The notes under the pieces are model-generated. The model worked only from the letters and a program-made list of their open reading frames with translations, did not search any database and was not told the DNA's origin. A stretch of DNA of 64,000 bases from positions 68,808-132,807 of IMG/VR virus record IMGVR_UViG_3300021426_000068, one strand, 5' to 3'. The translations under genes and the position numbers were made by a program. Shown here one piece after another: positions 50,332-59,637 of the stretch (position 1 is its first letter; every line of letters starts with the position of its first letter). Source of the DNA: a virus. Taxonomy: Duplodnaviria; Caudoviricetes.

Positions 50332-50460
50332 AAAATGGTAAATCGGCATAAAACTGATTTACCATTTTTTGCTTCATACACAGCCGTGTAGTTTTGGGAA
50401 TTTCGCTACAAAAGGACTGGTTTTTCGGGGATGTAGGATGAAATGCATCCCCATTTTTTT
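50332..50460 (+). ncRNA. Candidate small structured RNA
   Basis: GC-richer intergenic stretch with three stem-loops, last followed by a T tract. Confidence 0.35.
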
Positions 50461-50511
50461 GGCACAAAAATTGTAGTATAGATAAATACTTTTAAAAAAA
50501 CAAAAATAATT

Positions 50512-50946
50512 ATGAAAATTAAAGAAAAAGTAAAAAACATTCTTGGTGAAGGAAAACTTTATGAAATTGAACTTTATGGCGGAAAAATTTCTTCTATTAA
50601 TACCAATCAAAAGAACTTTAATAGACTAAATGGTAATTTTGATGAATGGCATGTATCATGTTTTGATGAAGTTACCAACAGAGATGATTCAAAAATCATA
50701 GGAAAGATTAAAGATATTTTTAATTGTGAAGTAAAAATATTGGCTATTTGTGACTATTATACATCTAATCCAGAAGAAAACGAGATAATTTTAAAAAGAA
50801 AAAATGAACTTCTTGCTGTAAGAGATGTTGATTGTACATACATTGTTTGTACCGTTAATAAAAAAACTAAATTAAAAAATTTCAATATTACCGAAGATGA
50901 TAATATTGAAATTAGTGACTTTGACAATAGATATGAAATTTATTAA
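50512..50946 (+). CDS. Hypothetical protein
   Basis: 144-aa ORF. Confidence 0.65.
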   Translation: MKIKEKVKNILGEGKLYEIELYGGKISSINTNQKNFNRLNGNFDEWHVSCFDEVTNRDDSKIIGKIKDIFNCEVKILAICDYYTSNPEENEIILKRKNELLAVRDVDCTYIVCTVNKKTKLKNFNITEDDNIEISDFDNRYEIY

Positions 50947-52748
50947 TAATTAAAATCGTTTTCAGGTTTTGTAATTGTAACAGATGCTGATTTGTTATAA
51001 GATTCCCTCATTTTTCCAAAAGTAATAGGAATAATATAATTTATTCCAAGTTTCTTTGCTTGAAGACATATATCAGACAAAGTTGCACCACCACTAATAT
51101 TATCATCAAAAATAACAAAAACAGTGTTTTTTATTTTATCTAATTCTTGTTGAACAATTTCTGAATTTTTGGAAAAATAACCCATTAATCCAAGTCTTAT
51201 ATCATTTGTTAATGATTTCATGGAAAATCTATTTTCAATGGGTCTAATTTGGAAATTAACATTTAAAACAGGATTACCACATGTTGTTTTAACACCTGTT
51301 AAATAAGGTTTTACTAAGTTTCTAACTAACTTTGTGTTTTCAATATTAGATGGTACTTTAGCATACTTTATAGGTTTAACCTGGTCATCTCTATAAATGA
51401 CTTTTTTCATTTTTGTATAGTCATCCATATATTCTGAATTTATTAAAATTTCATCATATGCATTTGCTAATTGATAATACAATGGTGCTAATGTCTTACC
51501 TAAGTTTTTGCTAAATTCATTATCATTATTTTTTTGTTTTTCTATACTTCTATTTGTATATACATTTGTCATAATCCTTTTAACAAGTCTATTAATATAA
51601 TTAACATATAAATCAATATATTGTGACATTTTTTTAAACTTATTAAAAGTGGTATTTACGGAGTTCAAATGTGTTTCACCATTTGGCATATCTTTATATA
51701 ACGGTGATTCATAATATTCTTTATTTTTATTAATAAAATCAGTATCAATTTCAATATTTTTTAAATCTTTTTTGAACAATTCAGAATTAATTATTTGTGT
51801 ACCACCTTTTACATTGGCAAAATTAAACTTAACCATTTGTTCAGCCATTTTTTGATTAAAATTTGAAGAACTTGGAACTGGATAAATTGATACTTTTTCT
51901 AATTCAGGATTACCAAAACTTTTAATACCATATTCAATTACTTTATTTACTTTTTGAAAAAATGTGTTTAAAAATTGGTTAAACTCATTGTCTTCCATTT
52001 TTAATTTATAATCTTCTTTATTACCTGTTAATTTATCTTTAACAGATATAGTTGTTGCATGTTTATCAAATTTATTTTTAAAATAATGCATAACTTCAGT
52101 ACCGTTAATATCAGTAATGTTATAAGACATAATTCCACCTTTTAATGGCACTTCATATGTATATCTATCAAGTTGTTCCATTTTACTTGTACCAAGATAA
52201 TCACCAGAAACTTTCTTTTTATAATTACTATTTCCCTTTTGATAAGTTATGTTTGCTTCTTTCTTTTTACTGTTAATATTATCAATATATGCATCTTCTC
52301 TTAAAATAGTTAATACAGACTTAACCATTTCAAGTAAATCATTTTTTGTTATTTGTATTTTTTGTTCTGTTATATTGTTCTTTAACATATCATTAATTGC
52401 TTTTTGACCATTTTCCACATTTGCTGAATGTACAAAATAATTAGGAAACTTTAAATTATGTTCTTTACAAAAACTAACAAGCCATTTAGCACAATCCATA
52501 CCTGTTATTGGTTTAGTTCCTAAATCTCTATCAAATGATACAAAATCAGGAATACCGTTAGTTAAAATAAAATTTTTAAATTCTTCAAAATTTTTAACCC
52601 ATATAAAATTAGCATTATATTTACTTAATAAATCATTGTAAAATGCTTTATTTCTTAAAAAAGCATTAGAATTACTTTTCTTTTTGTAAATGTAAAAATT
52701 CGGTTCACGTTTATCATCAAGCCATAATATATTTAATGTTTTTATCAT
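50943..52748 (-). CDS. Cyclic-phosphate-processing receiver-like domain, internal tag and phosphoribosyltransferase-like domain
   Basis: LWLDDKREP, VSFDRDLG, TGMDCAKWL, VHSAN; IQITKNDLLEMVKSVLTILRE; YPVPSSS, VIFDDNISGGATL. Confidence 0.7.
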   Translation of the reverse strand: MIKTLNILWLDDKREPNFYIYKKKSNSNAFLRNKAFYNDLLSKYNANFIWVKNFEEFKNFILTNGIPDFVSFDRDLGTKPITGMDCAKWLVSFCKEHNLKFPNYFVHSANVENGQKAINDMLKNNITEQKIQITKNDLLEMVKSVLTILREDAYIDNINSKKKEANITYQKGNSNYKKKVSGDYLGTSKMEQLDRYTYEVPLKGGIMSYNITDINGTEVMHYFKNKFDKHATTISVKDKLTGNKEDYKLKMEDNEFNQFLNTFFQKVNKVIEYGIKSFGNPELEKVSIYPVPSSSNFNQKMAEQMVKFNFANVKGGTQIINSELFKKDLKNIEIDTDFINKNKEYYESPLYKDMPNGETHLNSVNTTFNKFKKMSQYIDLYVNYINRLVKRIMTNVYTNRSIEKQKNNDNEFSKNLGKTLAPLYYQLANAYDEILINSEYMDDYTKMKKVIYRDDQVKPIKYAKVPSNIENTKLVRNLVKPYLTGVKTTCGNPVLNVNFQIRPIENRFSMKSLTNDIRLGLMGYFSKNSEIVQQELDKIKNTVFVIFDDNISGGATLSDICLQAKKLGINYIIPITFGKMRESYNKSASVTITKPENDFNY

Positions 52749-55576
52749 ATTAAATTCTTCATTCTATTTATCATTTCATTAAAATTATTCGCAACTTGAA
52801 CTTTATATCTTGGATATAACATTCTTGTTACAATATTTTGTATTTCAGGACTACAATCTTTTAGTAAATTATATCCATAATTACCTTCAACATAAACTTC
52901 AACTGAACCTTCTTCACTCCTACTTGGTGTATATTTTACTTTAACACCTACACCTTTTACTGTAAAAGTAAAACAAAAAGAGTTATAATCAATGTATTTT
53001 TGTTCTACACCTGTTAAATCAATACCATATTCAGTTGGATAAAAACCAAAATTACTTATATTGATTATATATGCAAAATTATTCTTTAGAGCATAAACAT
53101 AGTTAGCATAAGATGAGGAACCAATAAAATCGTATTCTTGTATTTCATTTAAGATAACTTTTTGGGTATCAGCATTGATAAGTGATTTTGTGTTGTCTTT
53201 TTTACTAACAACAATTACTTTTCCTTTACTTGTATATTTTACAACATTAGTTTCAATAACTTGTAATGTTGGGTAATAATAAAGATTTACGCTAAATTCC
53301 GTTTGTTCTTCATTTAATTCTTGAAAACATAAATAAGGCATATCTTTAAAATTATATTTATTTGAATCAGCAATACCGTAATTAATAAATTTCTTAATTG
53401 GTTTAAATGTTTCTAAATCAAAAACATACGCATATCCTTCTCCGTTAAATCCTTTTATAATAATTTTACTATCTAAAAACGAATGTGTATCAAATTTCGT
53501 AAATGGACCGAATTCAACATGTAAATCATTATTGTTTAATAAGTAATACACAATATTTTTTCCATCTTCACTATCACCTGCAATAAATAGATTTTGTCCT
53601 TCAGGTGATTTAAACCATGCAAAATCAGTATGCTGATTTGAAATAAAACTATTGGTTTCATAATTAAATATGAAAGAAGCATTATCAAAATTATGTTTAT
53701 TACTTAATTTTTTTCTTATAACAATGTTCCCATTTCCATTTAAAAATTTATAACTAGCAAAATCAAATGGTATTAATTTTGTTTTACTTCCTTTTTGTAT
53801 TATATTATAACAGTTATTGTTCTCATCGTTAGTCTCAACTCTTACAAGAAAATGTATTCCGTCAAGATTTTTTTCTATATCAATTATTCTACCTTCTTGA
53901 TATTCTTCTGAAAATTCACTTTCTTCATTTAAATAATACTTTCTTAATGAACCACTAATAACACCTTGCTCATCTACAACAAACATCATTTGATTTTCAG
54001 GAACATCACTTTTTACAATTGTTTTTACTTCGTTTCCACCCATTGTAATAACAAACAAAGAATGTCTATATTCATCATCATGAATAACTTCTATAGGAAC
54101 TTCATAACTGTTAAGTAAGCCACTTCCTTTAATTTGTGTATTCAAAAGCATTTTAATATCTTCGTCTATGCCAAAATCTATTTTATCATTACTTTCGCCA
54201 AAATCACCACCGCAAACATAAGATAATTTATCGTTTTTAACATATACAATTAAATCACCTTCTCCTTCTATTGTAAGTTTAATATAATTTTGAATTCTGT
54301 TAACCATTTCAACTCTGTCTCTGTCAGATGTATATTCATAAACAATTGAATAATAATCCTCATTTTTAGAATGAAGAATTGCTATTTTTTGTTCTTCATT
54401 TAAATATACAGGTTCTGTTTTTACTTCTTCCCAATCTATTGGATTTTGGTCGTCATAGTTTTCATTATATACATAATAATTACAATTTTCATTAAATTCA
54501 TAATCATCATTCCATTCTGGCATTATAACAACACCATCCCATAATGCTGTAGCATTATCCCATCTTTCTTGACAATAATTTCCATAACGTGTTTCTTCAT
54601 CCTCTTCATAATCACCATTTGCACGAAGTTTATCTAATTCTTCTTCAGTAAATGGTTTAAATGTTTCATAGAAGTTTACACCAACTACTTCCTGTACTTG
54701 TTTTGCTGTTCGTAATCCTGGATTATCCTCACCATTAAAGGCATGATTCCAACGTGTAGTAACATGCACTGGTTGACCATCCATATCAACTAACACTGAA
54801 ATCATACTTAAACCATATTCATCAAGAGGACAATTCTCACCAACTTTCATTTCTATATTTTCAAAACCATTTTTTAAACAAAAATAAAATCTTTCTCCAC
54901 GTGTTGTATATGAATTAAAATGTGATTTTTCATGTGTTACACACCATTTTCTTTGCAGTCCATAATCATCTGGAAAATATTGTTCATATTCATGTGCTTC
55001 ATTAAAAGAATTTATTGGAACTATTGTATAATCAGATTTTTCTTCAATATTTTCCATATCTTTTTTATCTGATTCAATAGATTCTTTATAATATGGATAA
55101 ACAATTTCTTCTAACTTTTTATAATTTAATCCATTTAAATTACCATCAAATTTTTCTGGAACTTTATCAGGTTCATTGGCAATAAATGTAACCAATTGTT
55201 TTAATTTTGATAATTTACCATGATTAGATTCATCATTAAACATATTAAGTTGTTCAATTGCAATTCTAGCAATACCCATTATATAATCAGAAGGACCTTT
55301 TCCGTGTGAAAGACCAAAAAAGTTTAAAAAATAAAGACGGAAGAATTGCGTTAAATTAAAGTTTTTTTCAGAACATACTTCAAAACTATGTTCTTCAATA
55401 TTTTTAAAATATTGTTGAAATTTTTCAGGTAAATCATTCACAGAAGTTTTTAAGTAAGGCTTAAAAACCTCACTTACATTTCTATTTATAAGTTTTTTAA
55501 TATAATCAGTAACTTTATCTTCAGTAATTAAAGATTTTCCTGTTATTTCTTTTACTATATTTTCAAATAATGTCAT
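52745..55576 (-). CDS. Large putative internal protein with WC-motif domain and beta-rich C-terminus
   Basis: WCVT...DEYGLSMISVLV...TRWNH; paralogous to a domain of the 1356-aa protein; late motif at 55620-55630. Confidence 0.6.
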   Translation of the reverse strand: MTLFENIVKEITGKSLITEDKVTDYIKKLINRNVSEVFKPYLKTSVNDLPEKFQQYFKNIEEHSFEVCSEKNFNLTQFFRLYFLNFFGLSHGKGPSDYIMGIARIAIEQLNMFNDESNHGKLSKLKQLVTFIANEPDKVPEKFDGNLNGLNYKKLEEIVYPYYKESIESDKKDMENIEEKSDYTIVPINSFNEAHEYEQYFPDDYGLQRKWCVTHEKSHFNSYTTRGERFYFCLKNGFENIEMKVGENCPLDEYGLSMISVLVDMDGQPVHVTTRWNHAFNGEDNPGLRTAKQVQEVVGVNFYETFKPFTEEELDKLRANGDYEEDEETRYGNYCQERWDNATALWDGVVIMPEWNDDYEFNENCNYYVYNENYDDQNPIDWEEVKTEPVYLNEEQKIAILHSKNEDYYSIVYEYTSDRDRVEMVNRIQNYIKLTIEGEGDLIVYVKNDKLSYVCGGDFGESNDKIDFGIDEDIKMLLNTQIKGSGLLNSYEVPIEVIHDDEYRHSLFVITMGGNEVKTIVKSDVPENQMMFVVDEQGVISGSLRKYYLNEESEFSEEYQEGRIIDIEKNLDGIHFLVRVETNDENNNCYNIIQKGSKTKLIPFDFASYKFLNGNGNIVIRKKLSNKHNFDNASFIFNYETNSFISNQHTDFAWFKSPEGQNLFIAGDSEDGKNIVYYLLNNNDLHVEFGPFTKFDTHSFLDSKIIIKGFNGEGYAYVFDLETFKPIKKFINYGIADSNKYNFKDMPYLCFQELNEEQTEFSVNLYYYPTLQVIETNVVKYTSKGKVIVVSKKDNTKSLINADTQKVILNEIQEYDFIGSSSYANYVYALKNNFAYIINISNFGFYPTEYGIDLTGVEQKYIDYNSFCFTFTVKGVGVKVKYTPSRSEEGSVEVYVEGNYGYNLLKDCSPEIQNIVTRMLYPRYKVQVANNFNEMINRMKNLI

Positions 55577-55704
55577 TGTTTTCTTAATTAAATATTTGTA
55601 TTATTATACAATCTATAGTAATAAATAGTTTTATGGTTAGAAATTCTGAAAAGTTTGAAAAATTATAAAAAAATTTGTATTTTTGTAAAAAATAATATTA
55701 AAAT

Positions 55705-56067
55705 ATGAAATTTTATAACAAAAAATCTTATATAGAAACTTTTAAACACATATTTAATCAAACACCGTATGGTAAAAAAGATTGGAAATTATATCATGTA
55801 ATGACTGAAGAAATGAATGTTTCAAGATATGATATGAGTTATTTTGTCAAAGCCTTTGATACTATAGATAGAACGTTTCACGAACAATTTATATCTATTC
55901 CAGATGAATTAAAAAAATTTTATTCAGACTTTTTTTCACAAAAAGTTCAAAAAATATATGATAAATTTACAAATGACATTAAAGATGAATCATTTAAATC
56001 TTTTAGTGACAATCTTTTACGTTGTTTTATAAAATATAATATAACAAAAAATTTTAATAATAAATAA
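55705..56067 (+). CDS. Hypothetical protein
   Basis: 120-aa ORF after TTTG...TATTTTTG promoter (55654-55685). Confidence 0.65.
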   Translation: MKFYNKKSYIETFKHIFNQTPYGKKDWKLYHVMTEEMNVSRYDMSYFVKAFDTIDRTFHEQFISIPDELKKFYSDFFSQKVQKIYDKFTNDIKDESFKSFSDNLLRCFIKYNITKNFNNK

Positions 56068-56086
56068 GAAAAATGTAAAACTTTTA

Positions 56087-57898
56087 ATGGAAATTAATAA
56101 AATCTATAATTGTGATTGTATTGAAGGTTTAAAACAATTAGATGATAACAGTGTTGATTTAACAGTTACAAGTCCACCATATGATGATTTAAGAAGTTAT
56201 GGTGATACTCTTGAATGGAATTTTGATGTTTTTAAACAAATTGCTAAAGAACTTTATCGTGTAACAAAACCAGGTGGTGTTGTTGTTTGGATTGTTGGTG
56301 ATGCCACAATAAAAGGTGGTGAAACAGGCACATCATTTAAACAGGCACTATATTTTAAAGACGAATGTGGTTTTATATTACATGATACAATGATTTATGA
56401 GAAAAATGGTTCATCACGCCCAGCAAGAAGAACTTCAAAAAGATATTCACAAATATTTGAATATATGTTTGTGTTTACTAAAGGTGAAATAAGAAAAGAT
56501 ATCACTCTTATTGCTGATAAACGTAATAAATGGGCTGGTTGGGCTAAATGGGGAAAAAATTCTTCATTTAATGTAAAAGGTGATTTAATTGAAGTTAAAA
56601 AACAACAGCCTGTTATTTCAGAATTTAGTCTTAGAAATAATATTTGGAAATATAGTGTAAGTTTTAATGATAAAACAGGTCATCCTGCTGTATTTCCAGA
56701 AAAACTTGCTGAAGATAATATTCTTTCATGGTCAGTTGAAGGTGATTTAGTACTTGACCCATTTATGGGAAGTGGTACTACGGCTAAAATGGCAATGTTA
56801 AATAAACGTAACTTTATTGGTTTTGAGAAGAACACTGAATACTATGAAAAATCACTTGAACGAATTGGTAAATATGAAGGAAAAACAAATGAAAGTTTAA
56901 GTGCTGTTACTACCACAAATGAATATGGAGAAGAAGAAACATTACAATATAGTACTTCAGAAGATAAAGAATTAGAAGGTAAAACTGAATTGTTTAATCA
57001 ATATCTTGAACAACTTAATCAATATTTTAACGAACAAACTCTTGGAACATTAAAAACTCTTAAATTTAATTTTGTTACTAAAACCAATGAAGAAAGAGTT
57101 AAGAAAATTATTGGTATTGATGAAACAAATCCTGTAGAAGTAAGAAAAGAAATAGAAAGATTGGAAACAATCTTAAATTCTTTTGAACTAGAAAATTTTC
57201 AGCCTTCAGCACAACATGAAGATAATATTACTAAAACAGATGATAAAGAAGTATATTTATCAAATTTATCAAAAGAAGAGTCTAAAGAACTTATTCCAAT
57301 CAAATTTGATTTTAGAACACAAGAATTCAAAGATTTTCTTTTTGAATTTTTATTGAAATATTATCAACTTAAACGTCTTCCTGATAGTGTAATTGAAGTA
57401 AATGAACGTGCAAGAGAAGAACAATCAAAAAAAGACTCTGAAACTTCTGAAAATAAATTTGATACAGACTTTTTTGATAAACCGAAAAAACGGAAAAGAA
57501 GAACTAAATCTGAAATTGTAAAAATAGAATTACCAAACTCAAACGGAATCGTTTATAACGAAGAATCTATTAAAAACGCAGTTGAAAACTTTGATAATTC
57601 TGAAAAAATAGGAAATTTAGAACATCCTGTTGAAAATAAAGATTTTATAATTAATAATGTTACTACTGATAAAAATGATAATGTTACAAATTATGCAACA
57701 AAAGAAGTAAATTCTGACACAAAATTTAATGTGGAAAAAAACGAAGACGAACTTCCATTTGAACTTACTGAAGAAGAAAGACAAAACATTTTAGGCATTG
57801 AATTTGCTGGAATAGAAAATGGTAAAGCAAAATATGTTGCTCCTGAAGTTAAAGTAAAACGTCCACGTGGAAGACCAAGAAAAATAAAATTATTCTAA
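56087..57898 (+). CDS. Beta-class amino-DNA methyltransferase (N4-C/N6-A) with long C-terminal extension and AT-hook
   Basis: TSPPY, HPAVFP, VLDPFMGSGTT; C-terminal KRPRGRPRK. Confidence 0.88.
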   Translation: MEINKIYNCDCIEGLKQLDDNSVDLTVTSPPYDDLRSYGDTLEWNFDVFKQIAKELYRVTKPGGVVVWIVGDATIKGGETGTSFKQALYFKDECGFILHDTMIYEKNGSSRPARRTSKRYSQIFEYMFVFTKGEIRKDITLIADKRNKWAGWAKWGKNSSFNVKGDLIEVKKQQPVISEFSLRNNIWKYSVSFNDKTGHPAVFPEKLAEDNILSWSVEGDLVLDPFMGSGTTAKMAMLNKRNFIGFEKNTEYYEKSLERIGKYEGKTNESLSAVTTTNEYGEEETLQYSTSEDKELEGKTELFNQYLEQLNQYFNEQTLGTLKTLKFNFVTKTNEERVKKIIGIDETNPVEVRKEIERLETILNSFELENFQPSAQHEDNITKTDDKEVYLSNLSKEESKELIPIKFDFRTQEFKDFLFEFLLKYYQLKRLPDSVIEVNERAREEQSKKDSETSENKFDTDFFDKPKKRKRRTKSEIVKIELPNSNGIVYNEESIKNAVENFDNSEKIGNLEHPVENKDFIINNVTTDKNDNVTNYATKEVNSDTKFNVEKNEDELPFELTEEERQNILGIEFAGIENGKAKYVAPEVKVKRPRGRPRKIKLF

Positions 57899-57903
57899 TA
57901 CAA

Positions 57904-57935
57904 AAAACCGTTATAGATTTTTCTATAACGGTTTT
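57904..57935. terminator. Bidirectional terminator
   Basis: AAAACCGTTATAGA/TCTATAACGGTTTT inverted repeat. Confidence 0.75.
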
Positions 57936-57960
57936 ATTTAAATTAAACCTACATCATTCA

Positions 57961-58923
57961 TTATTTAACTGGAACAGAGGCGAAAGCACGAACATAATAA
58001 GTGTTACTCTTCAAGCCCTGGATAACATTACTATAGCTAATATCCACGTTATAAGAAAAGTGATTACTGGACTCCGTAGAACTCATATAGAAGAAGGTGA
58101 TACTGCCACTATTCAACTGAACGCCACTAACTTTTTGTAATGCAGATTGAATTTCATTAAATCTTGGCATAATATATCCAAGTTCACCCATTGCTGGAAG
58201 ATACCAATTACCAGCTGGTATTGCTGTTGTTCCATACTTATTACATGCATTAGCAGCAACATAATCACTCCCTAATCCAACTAATACCTCTGTATTGCTC
58301 TTACCATTGAAATCACTTAAACAGTTTCCTGTTGTTGCTTCAACTGTATTAATATAATCTGGATTCTGACTACCATCTTCTAAATATGGACTAGGTATAT
58401 ATGGTGTTTCTCCGTTATACTTAGCAATACTGTCAGTGGCACATGTTGCTCCAGTAAAAGATGGGTTATCTGAAGGTAAAAAACCAAAACTATTATTACC
58501 AACAGTTCCACCTATTGTATTATCCCATGTAGGAACTTTATTCATATTTGGAAGTGATGTGTCAACTTCTGGCCCCAACACCATTTCTACATCACTTGAT
58601 GATTCAGTACCATCAGTATTAACACCTGTTATACACATTATCCTTGCTGTTCCGTCTGGTGTATGATTCGAAGGAACTACAACTACTCCCTGTGCCGTTC
58701 CAAGTGATGAATCCCATTCTCCTACAGTACAAAACTTTAATTTATTACTACTGTCAGCATAACATATCATACCAGCACTAATAATAGACGGTGGTGGTGT
58801 TGGTATAGGATTATAACGAACATCGTCAACACCTATTAATGATACATTTGGAAGAAACACTTCACTACCAGATATGTATGTGTTATATTCAGTCTCACTA
58901 CCAAATTTCTTTAAATATTTCAT
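57961..58923 (-). CDS. C-type-lectin-fold (DUF1566/Mtd-like) receptor-binding-type protein, probable DGR target
   Basis: GKSNT, WYLPAMGELG, Y.SSTE, YVRAF; late motif at 58954-58964. Confidence 0.65.
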   Translation of the reverse strand: MKYLKKFGSETEYNTYISGSEVFLPNVSLIGVDDVRYNPIPTPPPSIISAGMICYADSSNKLKFCTVGEWDSSLGTAQGVVVVPSNHTPDGTARIMCITGVNTDGTESSSDVEMVLGPEVDTSLPNMNKVPTWDNTIGGTVGNNSFGFLPSDNPSFTGATCATDSIAKYNGETPYIPSPYLEDGSQNPDYINTVEATTGNCLSDFNGKSNTEVLVGLGSDYVAANACNKYGTTAIPAGNWYLPAMGELGYIMPRFNEIQSALQKVSGVQLNSGSITFFYMSSTESSNHFSYNVDISYSNVIQGLKSNTYYVRAFASVPVK

Positions 58924-59007
58924 ATATAATATAGTTTTATCAATGTTTATAGTAATAAATAGTTGGAAAAATTATTTATTTTTTGTATTTTTGTTAAAAC
59001 ATATATT

Positions 59008-59637
59008 ATGAAATCCAAATCTGAAAAAGTTAATGAACAAATGGAGATAGGAAACATTGGAGAAGATATTTTTTGTATTGAATTTGTTCCTACTATAAAA
59101 TCTTTTTATAATAAAAAAATAGTTGATTTAAGAGGCACATTATTAGAGAAAGATAATGATATTGATTTTTTATTAGTTCCGTTGGAATATACTGTTGATA
59201 TTAACAATTTAGAATGGCAAGAAAAGATTAAAAATGAACTTACTTATCATACAGAAGATAGTCTTAAAAATGCAGAAATTTTTGCAATAGAGATAAAAAC
59301 AGATAAAAAGTCATATAAAACAAATAGATTGGTATATGATATAACTTCTCATGATAAAAGAGGCGGTTGTGCTCGTTCATTATGTGATTTTTTGTTTTAT
59401 GTTGTTATAGATGATAACAATAATGCTTGTAATTATTATTTTTTTAACATGTTTAAACTTAGGAGATATATAAGAGAACATTGTGAAGAAATAAACAAAA
59501 CAAAAAATTTTTTTCTTTTAAATTTTAAAGATGATATAAATGAAACTGATGGTAAGTCATTATTATTATTAATTAATTTTAACATACTAGTAAAAAATAA
59601 AATCGGAAAAAAATACAATGTTTATGGAACATTTTAA
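59008..59637 (+). CDS. PD-(D/E)XK nuclease-like protein
   Basis: GNIGE, DIDF, IEIKTD; likely start 59008 after TATTTTTG at 58986. Confidence 0.55.
   Translation: MKSKSEKVNEQMEIGNIGEDIFCIEFVPTIKSFYNKKIVDLRGTLLEKDNDIDFLLVPLEYTVDINNLEWQEKIKNELTYHTEDSLKNAEIFAIEIKTDKKSYKTNRLVYDITSHDKRGGCARSLCDFLFYVVIDDNNNACNYYFFNMFKLRRYIREHCEEINKTKNFFLLNFKDDINETDGKSLLLLINFNILVKNKIGKKYNVYGTF

Noticed and set aside
58963-59637. Cas4 associated with the array
   Set aside because: Lacks the four-Cys Fe-S pattern; generic PD-(D/E)XK only.
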